DNA of 64,000 nucleotides, taken from the NCBI GenBank assembly GCA_032718475.1, contig JAUCBJ010007728.1, positions 1-64,000 on the forward strand. Direction: 5' to 3'. A program made the translations under genes and the position numbers. Shown here in pieces: positions 50,001-62,600 of the stretch; positions within the stretch are counted from its first letter, which is position 1; every line of letters begins with the position of its first letter. The notes beneath the pieces are model-generated. The model saw only the letters and a program-made list of their open reading frames with translations. It searched no databases and was not told where the DNA came from. This DNA is from Nemertoderma westbladi. Lineage: Eukaryota; Animalia; Xenacoelomorpha.

Positions 50001-50364
50001 TTGGAGGATGGCGGCTATACAATACCGCAACGAATTCTTGTTGACTCACGTACCAGTGGGGTCATTGACCGCTGAGAGGATACAGGAACAGAGGATCGCA
50101 GCGACCACAGCGACGACCGTTGGAGCTCAAGGCTCACGGAAGGAACCAGGAGGAGAGGTCCGAGACAAGCGTCAAGTCAAGGACGACCACTACCATTCGA
50201 TAATTGAGGCTCAGCGATTGCAATGCAAGGCGCATGGTGCGTCGGAGAAGGCATGGGTGCAATTGCAGAAGGAAGAGTTGGCGGAAGCGACCACGGGAGC
50301 ACGACAGTTGGGACGAGGAATCTGTCAGAGCTCGGGGAACATCGTCGCCGGTTCCGGGGAGTGA
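47074..50364 (+). pseudogene. DEDDy (WRN/EXD2-like) 3'-5' exonuclease plus triple CCHC zinc knuckle protein, copy A (~1090 codons, three in-frame TGA)
   Basis: ORFs at 47152, 47761 and 48910 share one frame (stops at 47107, 47737, 48904). ExoI VMFYDNEG; CIQI; LPKKVREAILNQDYVKVGSGVQSDL (ExoII); FVDT; ExoIII-like YLVLE. Knuckles CKLCGSTRHNQKSC, CRWCNETDHSFHTC, CGYCGVKGHRSARC. Confidence 0.78.
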
Positions 50365-51873
50365 CGCCTCACGGACCACGTCAACGGAGTCAACTGGAGG
50401 ACGATTAGTGTATCTGGGTAGGGGGCGAAAGAGAGGAGCGAGCCCGAAGAAACCAGGAGCGGGTCAGTAATGCATCGTATCATAGGGCGACAGACTCTAG
50501 ATATATACATCATCGTCGCTCTGATGTATATTGTAGCATTTTAGAAATATCCGACTAGACTCATATACACTAGTTGTGCAATTTTTTGAATTTATATTAT
50601 GAGAGAGGCGAAGGAGGTGATTGGGGAGACAAACCTGCGGGTTTGGCCTACTCCTTTCACCTACCCTAGCAAAATTTTATATTTGATCTTGTATGTAGTA
50701 ATCATTATGTAGTACGAACGAGAAACAATATTTGTAAATTTAATTTGTATGTAATAATCGTTAAACAGTGAGAGAGATAATATTTTGTAAATTTAATTTG
50801 TATGCAATTCATTATGCAATATCTATAGCAATATTTTGTAAATAGTAGAATTATTGTGTTATTTAGATTATTTTGAAAGAAATTTATTTTGTTTGTATAC
50901 ATCACCTTATACTCTTCTACAGTTGGAGGGAACACTGTACGCAATATTAGTCCGTTATGCAGTATAATATTTTAGATAAGACATAATAGCGAGGTGATAT
51001 TTAGATAAGGAAACTGAAACGCCCATATATTTTGAACTCATCCATTTTGTATAGTATGTAGCCCTACCTACGTAATTTTGTATTAAGATATAAGTAGATA
51101 GTTCCAGGGTAGCAAGTTCAGTTGGACCCTGGATATGTGCTTGCTGTTATTAGCTTCGATAGGGCTAGCATCTAGGGACGCAATCCTAACCATTCCGCAG
51201 CCAGGGACATGATCCATTACCATATATGGTAATAATTCGCGGTTTGGAAGCCCTGAGGTTCACAATCCGGCTTTCTAATTGGACTAACTGTTTCCAGGTT
51301 GGTCTAATGCTAGCGCGGACTGGAGAGCCAATAGGAGAGCGATTGCATCACCCTTATTGCATCACCCTTCTCAGATCACCTATAAATTGGCGGTTTGCCG
51401 GTAGAGCTGTATCAGCTCTCTCAATCCTACTGCTCTAGGCATTATATGTTTAGGAGTACAATTTGTGCGTATTTTCTGCATTTCTACCCTTTTTTTGATT
51501 TTCTTGAAATGATTTGCAAATTTATAATTTCTGTTTGATTCTTGTTGTGTTTCTCAATCAATCTCAAAGATTACTGCTAATTACATCATGGAACTGTGAT
51601 TTCTACCCTTTAGTTAATGGTTCTATGTAATTCCTTTCGACGCAATAATCCTACGGGATTTCTGAGACTGTCAGACTTGTGATTTGCATGCGCCGCTACG
51701 GTAGCTATTCATCTTAATGGAGGGCTAAGGTGCCAGTAGGCGGTGGGCACATCGGGGGGTTAGCGACGAAGGGAGTGCGGAGGATTCAAAGGCGGGCAAC
51801 GCTGGCGGGGGTCAACGTTGTGGTCGGGCAATTTGAACTGTAGGTAGAGACCGCTCGCTGGTACGGTAATTAG

Positions 51874-53897
51874 GGGCAATTCCACAGAAAATGGGACACG
51901 ACCATGGGAATATAAAAGTCCGGAATCATCAAAATTTTTTATGAAATCGGTGCTGGGGATAGTTGAAATGTATGAAAATGGAGAACATATCACTTTTAAT
52001 GCAACATTAAAATTTTTTCGATGTTTTAAAGTAAAGGCAACATGTTTTTAAGTTGTAGTGAAAAACGGTATATAAATATAATATGCTAAGCAATAGTACT
52101 AGATTGCCGACTGGAACGAATATTTTGTGTTTACAAACAGGCAATATGTACACCTTTCATATACTAGAGATTTAGGCCTGTGCTACATATTATAAAGCAG
52201 AGCATGGCACTCAAAAACATCCCTGAAATCGTGTCCCGGAAGTCACAAAATAGTATGAAAAGTTTCCATTAAGAAAATAAATCAGAGTGTATGTGGCAAA
52301 CAGTGGCAGATTTTCCTAATGTATGACATGGGTCTCCACTGCATATAGATTATTACATCGTAGTGTTAACATTGGATGTAGCAATGAGTGATAAAATTTT
52401 GTCCCGCGAGTCACATTTCAACACATGTCCCACAATTGTCTATATTTCTTATACATAGAAAGTCGCACGTATTCAAACAATGAAATTACTTTATAGGAAA
52501 GTTATAGGCACATCAATCTATGCAAAATTGTACCATTATTGCAAAAAAAATAATTTTTCTTGTCCAGGAAGTCACTAAAACCCATCGCGATCGCAGTTTA
52601 CACCCTTTACCAGCATCTAAAACTGATATTGCAACTCACTTTGCAGCAGCAACTCCTTTGATTGGAATCTTGTCATCTCACCAAATTACCTTCGTCGATG
52701 GCAAACCGGTTATTCATCAATTTAGCAACCCCGTTCACAATGTTCGAACGAACACTGACAGCACTAACCATATTGATACCGTGTCTGAAGTACAGGATAC
52801 TGAGAATTCTGTTGTAAACATTGATGAGTCTGTTGTCGAAGTAGGTGATTGGCTACTAGTTTCTGTCCCTGGAGATAGAGTTGTCAAAAACTTTGTGTCG
52901 TTGTTAGTTAAGATTCGTGAGGAGGGGGAACTTGAAGTGCAGTTTGCTTCTCGCATTCGCAGTGATATAAAACTCCCTGGATCAGCGACCTTCAAGCTAG
53001 AGTCAGAGTTTGGGTTGCAGCCGCATCGCTCAGTAGTAAAGGTGTTGGCAAGACCTACGCCTATGGGTGGTACTGTGAGGAGTCAGAAACTGTATCGTTT
53101 TGATATTGGGTCATTTGTTGATGGACACATGCCAGATTAGATAAATTGAATGATAAATTGTCCCGGTAGTCACAAATTATTATCAGTAAATTGACTAATT
53201 TCGTGATTAAATGTAATATCTCTCTCTCGATTGTCGTTGTAATACTACTTGATTTTAGTTCCATATATCTCGGTACACCGAGATCGTGCTCTAATACTGG
53301 ACTAACGGGCTAACTTATCAAATATAGATCAATGTCCCAGAAGTCACAACAAATCCAAATTCACAGCTAATCTTGGGATTTATTGAATTCATGGGATTAA
53401 AATTATTATTTTCGTATAAACATGTATTCACTTCAATCACACATGGGTATAATTAGGATTGTTGAACTATATTGTAAAATGGGACATGCTGTCCCGGTAG
53501 TCACGTCCCAGCAGTCACACTCAGCAATCTCTGCTGCAGCAACGCCAATTACCCTTTGAACTCGGGAATACTCTAAAAACAAACTTTGGTTGTGCTGTGG
53601 CAACATAAAATATCATTGAAACCAGTATCTTTCGATGGCTACTGACAGCAAATAAATAAAAAAACGGTCGAAAATTCGTGTCTTTTTTCATGTCCCCGTA
53701 GTCACACGCATAAAAACGCTCACAAAATGGTTCAAATGATTCATATCATGATGTTCTTTATTAATTTTGCAGCCTACATTATCCATGGTTGCATTCCAAT
53801 AGCAAGTTTTACATATGCTTGTTATACATCTCCTTAAACCATGTTCAAATGGAGCAACCTTTGGCCTCTCTGTCCCAGGAGTCACATGGAATTACCC
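51874..53897 (+). mobile_element. Sola-like DNA transposon, internally deleted (2024 bp)
   Basis: TIR GGGCAATTCCA / TGGAATTACCC; 4-bp TSD TTAG (51870-51873, 53898-53901). About nine TGTCCCNNNAGTCAC subterminal repeats (52232, 52400, 52561, 53159, 53333, 53490, 53505, 53691, 53871). Confidence 0.75.
52575..53140 (+). pseudogene. C-terminal fragment of a DNA-transposon transposase (SH3/Tudor-like tail)
   Basis: PLIGILSSHQI and VGDWLLV...FVSLL...LEVQF...TF...VVKVLARP..GG..R..LYRF resemble transposase C-termini. No catalytic core is present. Confidence 0.55.
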
Positions 53898-55092
53898 TTA
53901 GGGGGCTGATGATCCAGATTTTGTCTCTATTTAGTATTAGGGGGGCAGGAATTGGGTTAGTTAGGAAGCCTAGACGTACCCGGGAGGGGCCTGCATACCT
54001 TACTAGTAGATTGCGAATTAGTCAATTGTGAATTATTATGTTGCGAATTATATGATTGCGGATTGTATAATTGCAAGTTGTACTATTGTGATCTGTGATT
54101 GCTGACGCTGATTGGTGTGTTACTGAAGTGTGCCTATGATTACGAATGCTTAGGTAGGCGCCCCTTTTCTCTTTGATTGATTTCTATTTCTTAGTTACTA
54201 CAAATAATTACTGATTAGGTCAAAGTAATACGGCATTTTAGGCTATTACTAGCGAAACCTGTTGCGTAATAAATTAGAATTACGCATTCTGGAACTCTTA
54301 GTAATTAGTACGCTGTTACATATTTGTGACTGTAATTGATTAGTAAAATTAAGAATTAGTACGCAGCATAGCGGAGAGTAGCTAAGGTAATAATTTAGAG
54401 TACTGTAAACTATTCACGCTGAGCGGTTATTTGCATTAGCGGGCAATAAGCTAGATTGCAGTAGTCAGTATGCAAGACACTAGTAGATTGCTGGCCTAAA
54501 GCCAGCTGCAGGCAAGTTTAGACCCAGAGCGGTACTACCTACGAAAGACAGTGTACTGTACCAATTTTTTGATTATTTAAATATTTTTGATTATTCACAC
54601 ATTCCGTTAGGGAATCCCCAGTATTCGCGATTAGAAAAGACGTAGGCATTATCGTACTTCGATAGTGGTAAAATTAGGTGTAAGAATATACTCTGAGTGC
54701 AAAGCCCCTCGCACTCGTCTTAAGTAAGCTTAGGGAGCCGACTCGGGTTTATTGTTTTGGTTATTCCCGCGTGGCTCATAGATTCGAACAGTTAGCTCTC
54801 TATCGAGCGATCGGTAGAGAAAGGAACAAGCGATTTTGCAGGAGCCGTGTAAATTTAGTAAAATATATTAGCGGACGGCAGATTAGCGCCATCCAACGGT
54901 AAGTAGCGGTTTTGTATTTAGCAGCATTACAATTTAGTAATAACACGCTCCTGATCCCCTTTACTTAACAGTAGAGCAGTCTTTGTGTCTTATTGGTTAG
55001 ACGAGAACTTATTAGGTTGGCAGAGAGGTATACGGGTATTTGTCTGTTCAACAGTTCTGCTGTCAGTATTAGGGGTCGCGGTTGTTTAACAC

Positions 55093-55580
55093 GATGCCTT
55101 CCACCCATTGGCTAATAATGCACTTGTCACCTTCCCATCTCCCTGGGTGTGCTTCCCCCCCGCTGCTGTCTCTCTCTCCCTCCCGGAGGTATAACCTCTG
55201 ACCCCCGCTGTGTGCGTTCCCTTGGGGCCTATTGTCCCCGCTTATTGGGGTGACACGAGGTTGATTGGTAACCAACCTCATGCTCCCAATATTGCTTAAA
55301 ACCAACTCTGTGTGGGCCTGGCTAGCGGAATTGAATATGCTAACACTCCCCCCCATGTTCCCCCCTATCTTCCCGGTGAGAAGATAGCATCCACCTCTAG
55401 TGCGCTACAATTCCGCTGGATCTCGACCTAGTATCGAGTGTGGGGTGGAACTATTTTTTTTTTCGGAGCCGGCTTTCCAGTCTGCCCCCTATGGGTATGA
55501 TATCGCTACCCTGTTTACCTGGCGTCCTGTGTCGGGCCGATCGTGTGCTCCTCTCACACGAATTTTGTTTCCCCAACACT
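55093..55580 (-). other. Conserved multi-hairpin non-coding RNA element (homolog of ~565-1038)
   Basis: Hairpins at ~55181-55201, 55254-55282 and 55365-55390 correspond to 942-960, 860-888 and 748-776, with mostly pairing-preserving substitutions. Confidence 0.65.
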
Positions 55581-56169
55581 TTCACCACTAACTCTACTCT
55601 GTTCTCACCCTGACTCTCCTCTACTTCTCCTCACTTCCGCTCTAACTTTTGGACTTCCCTGTCCCTCACTCAGCCTCTCATTCCCCCCCCCCCACACTTG
55701 AATTGCACCCGCACTCTCTTCGCACTACAACTCAACCACTATCTCTCCCACTCACTCCCGACGAGCTTCACCCCCCTCCTGTGCCATCGCACTCAAGAAG
55801 TGTGATGTCGTCCAGCGTCCCGTTAGTCATAGTCAGTCATCCCCCAGTCCAGTAGCTAATTGGAAAAGGTTGAATGACTATAGTACTTACTTCGATTATA
55901 TTTTGCTAAACTAATAATGATTACTACGTACGTACCTACTAATTGCACTTTTCAATTATTTAAATTACTTGAATTCGTACTTAGGAGTTCGCATGTCTCG
56001 CGTGGTGCCTTCCAGGCATGTTACTCCGAAGTCTTAGTTCGTTCCACCTGCCTTTGGGAACCACATCAAGTCTTTCCCTCTGTCGTCCTCCTCCCTTGGT
56101 AATTTCCTGGTCACTGCCGCTCCTCTGGTCTTTTCTGCTTTCTGGCTTCGGACTCTCGCCGCCACCTCC

Positions 56170-58622
56170 TTACTGATCCCGGTCGGTGCCGGTGTTATTA
56201 GCTCCCAGTATCGCTTCGCGGGTGGCCCCTCCGAGGCCCTGTTGTCTCCCCCTGGTGGCGTCCCATAGGATCATCTTCATTGCCCGCGGCACATGCTCCG
56301 CCAAGAAGTCCCTGAACTCTCCTCTGTTCTGTGGCGTCCACCTATCCAAATACCTCTCCGTATTTATCACTCCGGCATATGATGCTGCCGTCGCCACTTC
56401 CTGGTAGGTAAACGGAAGCCTCCGTTTGATAATCTCCATATGAGCCTCCTGATTGATGTTAAAGAAGCCCCACCGGAACTCCTGGGGCTTCTTACGTTGC
56501 GGAGTCATGGCCCCGACGTCGGCCCACTCCTCGAAGACCCTAAACTTCCCTTCGTCGTCCATCCAGTCGCACTGGTGTCCGTAGTACCCCCGAAAGTTAC
56601 ACTTCGAACATCGGTTATGCAACCGTGGACACGCCCCCATCCTGTGGCTCGACTCGCGGCAGTAGAGACAACTAGTCCCTTTCTGGAACCGGTACAAACA
56701 GCTCCTTTCCTGATGGGTCTGTCTCCCACAGTAGTCACAGCCAAGCACCAATGTCTCCCGCCCCACATAGTCTTTCGTCCCAAGCGATCTCCGCGGTCTG
56801 TGGAGTCGCTGGTAGGTGAACTTCTGCACATTAGTGTCCCTGTCTATTTCGATCTCCTCACCCCTCTTGTGCATTGTCTCCCCAAATACTACCCGTGGTG
56901 CCGTCCCCGGTTGCTCGCCCAACCTGATAGTGCTCCCCGCGAAATCCATCGCTGGCTCCCCGTGCACCCAGGCCCGCTTGCCGGGTCTATCCCAGAAGGC
57001 CCTCGCCCCACTGGCCGTCACCACCCTCCCGCCAACCCAGTCCGTGTCCGAGTGGCCAATCCTCTCGATGGGCGGCATCTCTCCGAACTCGTCGTCGTCT
57101 CCGTCCTCCTCTGGCAGTGGTTCCAACCCCGGTATCCCGATGGATCCACTATGTCCCTTCCCGCCTTGGCTCTCGCCCATAGCTCTCTATCCCTCTAGCT
57201 CCCCTAACTTCCTTAGCGGTTGGTCGGCTTTGGTGCCCGCTGGTATGGGCATCGCTTGCAACCCCGACGTCGACTGTTTTGGCGATCCCACCGTCCATCC
57301 CAGTTCTCGCCCTAGAGTCTCCCCCGAACTCCCTGATGAAGTCCAACGAAGTTCGTCTAAGCCTCGAAGCCGGAAATCTGCGTCCTGGCCTCCTCCTCCC
57401 TCTCCTCTGCTTCTATCCTCTCCCGTCTCGTGACTTCTTCCAGTCGTTTTGCCTCTCGTCTATCCGTCTCTAGCTGCTCCCATCTCTGATATGGCGTACC
57501 TATCTCCCCGTCTATCAGATGTCGGCTGTTGTAGTACACCGACTCGCCCTTCAGCCCCGGGTGGTCTACCAGACCGTCGAAGGCCGTCTTAAAGGCTCTC
57601 CTGTAGCTTAGGGGTGATCCCGATAACAGAAATGCCGCTGGTTCCCTCTCGATAAGCACGGTCATGAATAAGTTAAGCAAACTTATCATTATCCAATCTT
57701 CCTGCAGGATATATCGCTTCTGATATACCTTTATCGCTCCTCTTCGGAATTGATACACCTCTTGCCTTCCTGGCCTCGCTCCCCACTTCAGCGAGTTCGC
57801 CAACTCTGCTCCGTACTCTTCTCTGAACTTTCCCCAGTCCGTCGGCTTATGACACACGAGCCCCAATATCTGGCCCATCGCCACCGCTCCGCACTGGCCT
57901 GTGTTCTCCACTACTCCCAACCCGTCCGGTGCTGTCATAGCCATGAAGACTACCTGCATGTCCAGAAGGTTGGGGGTGTCCGGACCGATGATTCTCTCCG
58001 CGTCGTCGTGAATCACCGATCCCACCTTCGTCGTCGACTTCTCTCTTACCAGGACTTCCACCGCTTTCGGCAACCGGTTTAATTTCGGCCCGTCCTTTTT
58101 CCCATACGTTCCTAGATCGAATAAGAAAATGTCCCCATTTGGCGCGGCCAAATGTAGGAGTATGGTCCTGGCCGACCCCGCTGATCCTCGTCTCGAACCC
58201 TCCTCGTCTTCCACGGTTCCCTCGTCGTCTAGGATCATATATCCTCCCCTGTTGACGGACTCTATAAACCTCTTCCAATCCTTCTCCGGCGACTCCCTCG
58301 GGTACTTCGGAATCCTGAACTTCGCCTCGCCCCCTTTCACCACGTAGTGGAAGTGTTGGAAGATCGCGTTGTCCAGCGATGGCGTCCCGTAGGTCCCGAC
58401 CAGCCGCTGTTCGTGCATCTCCCGGAAGTGGTCCTGCAGCGCTCGTGCCGCGTGACCCTTCTCCAACCTCTCGTAGTATCCTCTCGTCTTCTCTTCCGGA
58501 TGCCTCTTGGTGAAATCCACCAGTATCTCCTTTCCTCCTTGTTCCGCCTTTCTCTTTCTGATCAGTTTTCCCGCCATTCCGAATGCTCTCACTCGCTCAC
58601 CTGTAAGGTGGTGCCTTACCAA
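56170..58622 (-). pseudogene. DEDDy 3'-5' exonuclease plus triple zinc knuckle protein, copy B (stop/frameshifts between 57180 and 57360)
   Basis: ExoI YMILDDEG; LLHLAAPNGDIFLFDL; LPKAVEVLVREKSTTKVGSVIHDDA (ExoII); LLDMQ; ExoIII-like YILQED. Knuckles CDYCGRQTHQERSC, CLYCRESSHRMGAC, CSKCNFRGYYGHQC. Downstream FEEWAD...R...WGFF parallels WESVAD...R...YGFW in copy A. Confidence 0.78.
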
Positions 58623-59061
58623 GGGGCAATACAGATGAGTGATAAGTTTCTGATGGTCTGCACAGTACGTGAATTGCCTATTTCCTATCGAACTACGCCT
58701 TTTAGCCTAAATTTCTATTACCTAATTTTGTAGCTAACAAATGTACCCTATTTGCAGTTTCTGTCCGTTGCTTTAATTATGTTCCAGAATAACTTCCCCC
58801 CTGTTACCATAATTTGTAATTTTTTAGCCCTATTTATTCTATTTATTTTTAATTTAACTTAATTCTACTACTTTACTCTTCATGGATTATTCTATTTCAT
58901 AATCCACATTCTGACCTACTCTATGGGCCTGTGCAGTACAGCAGTATATGTCGCGTGGCCTACACGATCTATCCAACTGTACTCATATGCCCCCCTCTCG
59001 CTACTAACTACTGACTAATATATATACTATATATACCCTTCCACCTCTATCTCTTACTAAT

Positions 59062-59500
59062 CAGTACTACGTACCCTCTTACTAACCTCCAACTAACTAG
59101 CGGTACTACGTACCCTCTAACTCTTACTCTCTCTCCCTAACTAGCGGTACTACGTACCCTCTAACTCTTACTTTAACTCCACTAACGGTACTACGTACCC
59201 TCTTACTACTCTCTAACTCCACTAACTATCGGTACTACGTACCCTCTTACTAACTTCCAACTCTACTCTTACTAACCGGTACTACGTACCCTCTTACTAA
59301 CCTGTAACTCCACTAACTATCGGTACTACGTACCCTCTTACTACTCTCTAACTAACGGTACTACGTACCCTCTTACTACTCCTAACTCCACTAACTATCG
59401 GTACTACGTACCCTCTAACTAACTAACTAACTAACTAACTCTAGGTACTACATACCTTCTAACTGACTAACTAACTAACTCTAGGTACTGCGTACCTTCT
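59062..59500 (-). repeat. Array of ~11 GGTACTACGTACC hairpin motifs with variable CTAACT-rich spacers
   Basis: Copies near 59063, 59102, 59146, 59187, 59231, 59278, 59322, 59357, 59400, 59444 and 59484; period 35-47 bp; GGTAC-TAC-GTACC inverted repeat. Confidence 0.9.
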
Positions 59501-59639
59501 AACTAACTCCTAACTAACTTACTAACTCTAATTTTTATTTATTTTATTTTTTATTTTATGTGTGGGAAGGGCGTCTCACCCTCAATCCCACCCCCTTCAG
59601 TCCAAAACTTGGACGACTAAACTACACTCTCACTCCACC

Positions 59640-62600
59640 CTAAGGTGCCCCTTCTAATAGACAGCATTTCCCTACAGTTCTCCTGTAGGTTTTTCTGTCT
59701 TTCGCATCTATCTTGCCACCTATCCGCACTTCTAAAGATCGGACTCTTCCGTCCTCATCGGAGTAAGTGCCTACAACTCTCGCCAACCGCCACTGGATGT
59801 TGATGATAGTATCATCCGTAACGATTACGAGATCTCCCTCTCTTAACTCCCTATTCGACCTCCTCCACTTGCTTCTTTTGTGAAGCGTGGGTAGGTATTC
59901 CTCAACCCACCTTCTCCAGTACTCTGCGCTTATTGCTTTAGCGACCTTCCAACTCTGGCGGGAGTGTATGTCATCTGGGTCTACACCCCGCATATCGATG
60001 GACGCTGGCCTTTCCATTAGAAAATGGCTGGGCGTCAGCACATCTAATGACTCAGGGTCATCATTCTCCGGATATAGCGGTCTGCTATTAATGATACCCT
60101 CGCACTTCGCAAGTACTGTTCTCAAGACGTCCTCCGTGACCATGTGGGTGTTCATTAACTTCGTCATGAGACGCTTCGAACTGCCCACCAGTCTCTCGAC
60201 GCATCCTAGTGTATGTGGTGCATACGGCGTCCTTCTCTCCCACTTTACTTGTCGTCGTCTCATGGCTGCCCTGACTTCCTCCCCTTCCAAGATGTCCAAG
60301 GCCTCTGCCATCTCGTTCTCTGCTCCCACAAAGTTGGTTCCGCTGTCGGAGTACATTACTGCGATCGTCCCACCTTTGCGGTCTCTGAACCTTTCTAATG
60401 CATTAATAAATGCTGATGCGGTTGCATCTTGGGCGAGTTCTATCCCTACCGCCCGCGTGTTCTTACATACGAAGATAATACCGTAGCGTTTCTCCGTGTG
60501 CTGCATCACCTTGATCTTTATTGGCCCGAACATGTCTACACCGCAATGTGTAAATGGCGGGTCGTGCTGTCTTACTCTACTCGCTGGTAGTGGTGCCATC
60601 TCTTGTATGGCTCGCTCCTTCTTCGCTCGTCGGCAGGTCTGGCACTGCCCCACTACCGCTTTTACCTTCTTCCTCAACTGCTTGACCCAAAAGGTCCTCC
60701 ATATCTCCGTGAGGGTTCAGTTGGTGCCCCCATGCAATATCGACTTGTGGGAGTCCCAGATAATCTGGTGGATTATTGGCGATCCTGTGGGAATGATGAT
60801 GGGTTTCGGTGGTATGACTATGCTGTTGTTGTATCCCACCCTGGAGTTCATTACTAGAATCCCGTCATCATTAAGTTGTGGTGACAGCGTGATCAACTCG
60901 CTGTCTCGTCGGAGGTGCTGTTGTTTACCGACGCGTTCCACCTCGTCGCCATAGCTCTTCCGTTGTTCATAGCGGATTATTGCTTTGGCCGCTTCTTCCA
61001 GATCTATTGTTGTCCTGATCTTCTTGCATTTGCCAACTCCCGCGAGGAAACTCCCGAAGGCTCTCCAGTATGCCACTAATTTCTTGGTCTTATACCAACT
61101 AGAGCTGTAGCTGAGGAGTTTATCCGTCGGGTTATCGCACAGTTCTTCTGGCTTAGGTTGCACGTCCCTTATCTCCCTCACCATCTGGGAGTATATCTCT
61201 TCTCCCTCTGAATCTCCCTCTTCTCCTTCTGACACTACCTCTCCTGAGCCCGGGTCCACCTTTCTCATCGGCGGCCAGGCCTCCTTGTCGCTCAGAAACT
61301 GCAGCCCGTGTTGCCACAATCCTTCCTTTTTTAAGAAAGTGTGGTGTGCTATGCCCCTTGATAACAAGTCCGCTGGGTTCTCGTCCGTTGGGCAGTAGTG
61401 CCACCTTTCCAATTCTGTGGTCGCCCTTATCTCGTCCACCCTATTCGCGACGAATATAGGGTATCTCGTCCTTTCGTTATGTAGCCAACCAAGCACTACC
61501 ATGGAATCCGTCCAGTAGTGTGTCTCCACTATGTTGGGAATAGTATCCACTAGGTAGGCTGTGGCCCTAACTCCTAGTCTGGCAGCTGTCAATTCTAGTT
61601 TGGGAACTGATGCTGAATCTGGCGGCGTTGACTTCGCTTTGCTAAAGGCCAGTCTGGGCTTGTGAGCCCCCTCTCGTTGTACTAAATAGAGTGCCGCTCC
61701 GTACGCCTCCAACGACGCATCGGAGAACATGTGTAAGTCCAGATTTGTCATGTTCCCATCCGGGAAATACACTCGCAGCATGTTGTCTGTTCCCATCTTC
61801 TCCAAACCTTCTGTCCACTTACACCACTGTTTCTTGATCTCCTCTGGTACCTCTACGTCCCACTCATCCTTCAGTTTGTATACTCTCTTGAGTATCTGTT
61901 TCCCCGTGACTAATAGTGGGGATGTTAGACCTAGGGGATCGTATATTCTTGCTATGTATGACACATAGCCTCTCTTTGTGTGGATGTCTGCGCCCTCCTG
62001 GCTCAGCTGGTACTTCAGTTCATCTGTCTCTCTGTTCCACACGATTCCCAGTGCCTTCTGTTGAGATTCTGTCCTCTTGTTCGCCATGTCCTGCCCTTTG
62101 GCCGTTGTGGGATTATCCATAGTCGATTCTGGTCTCTCGTCCCCTATCGCCTTGATAAATTCCTCCGAACTGGATTGGAATTTGGTCAGGTTAAAGCCGG
62201 ATCCTTTTAGGATGTCGCGAACCTCGCGCCCTGTGTCCAGTATCTCCTTAACCGTATTTCCAGACACCATTCCGTTGTCTACGTAGAAGCCGCGTCGAAT
62301 CATATCAACGGCCCTAGTGCTGTATCTATCCTCCTTCCCCTTCACTGTATCTCTTACTGCCATAGTCGTCGTAAATGAAGACGACTTGGCTACCATGTTC
62401 TCTACTACCATCTTGTACGTCGGTATTATCGACAGTTCTTCGTCGCCGTTATACCACAAGAAGCATTGACTGTCGCTATCTTCCTCCGTTACACGGACTT
62501 GGTTGAACATGCCTTCTATGTCACACGTGAAGGCGTGTTTCCCATTTCTAAATCTAAGTAGGACCTCTATCCCTGAGTTGTATATGTTGGGACCTTCTAG

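Noticed and set aside
56170-58622. Envelope gene
   Set aside because: No signal peptide, transmembrane segment or fusion-protein features; the motifs fit an exonuclease plus knuckles.
59062-59500. CRISPR array (also 1-300)
   Set aside because: Repeats are short, spacers are low-complexity and mutually related, there are no cas genes, and the context is a eukaryotic retroelement.
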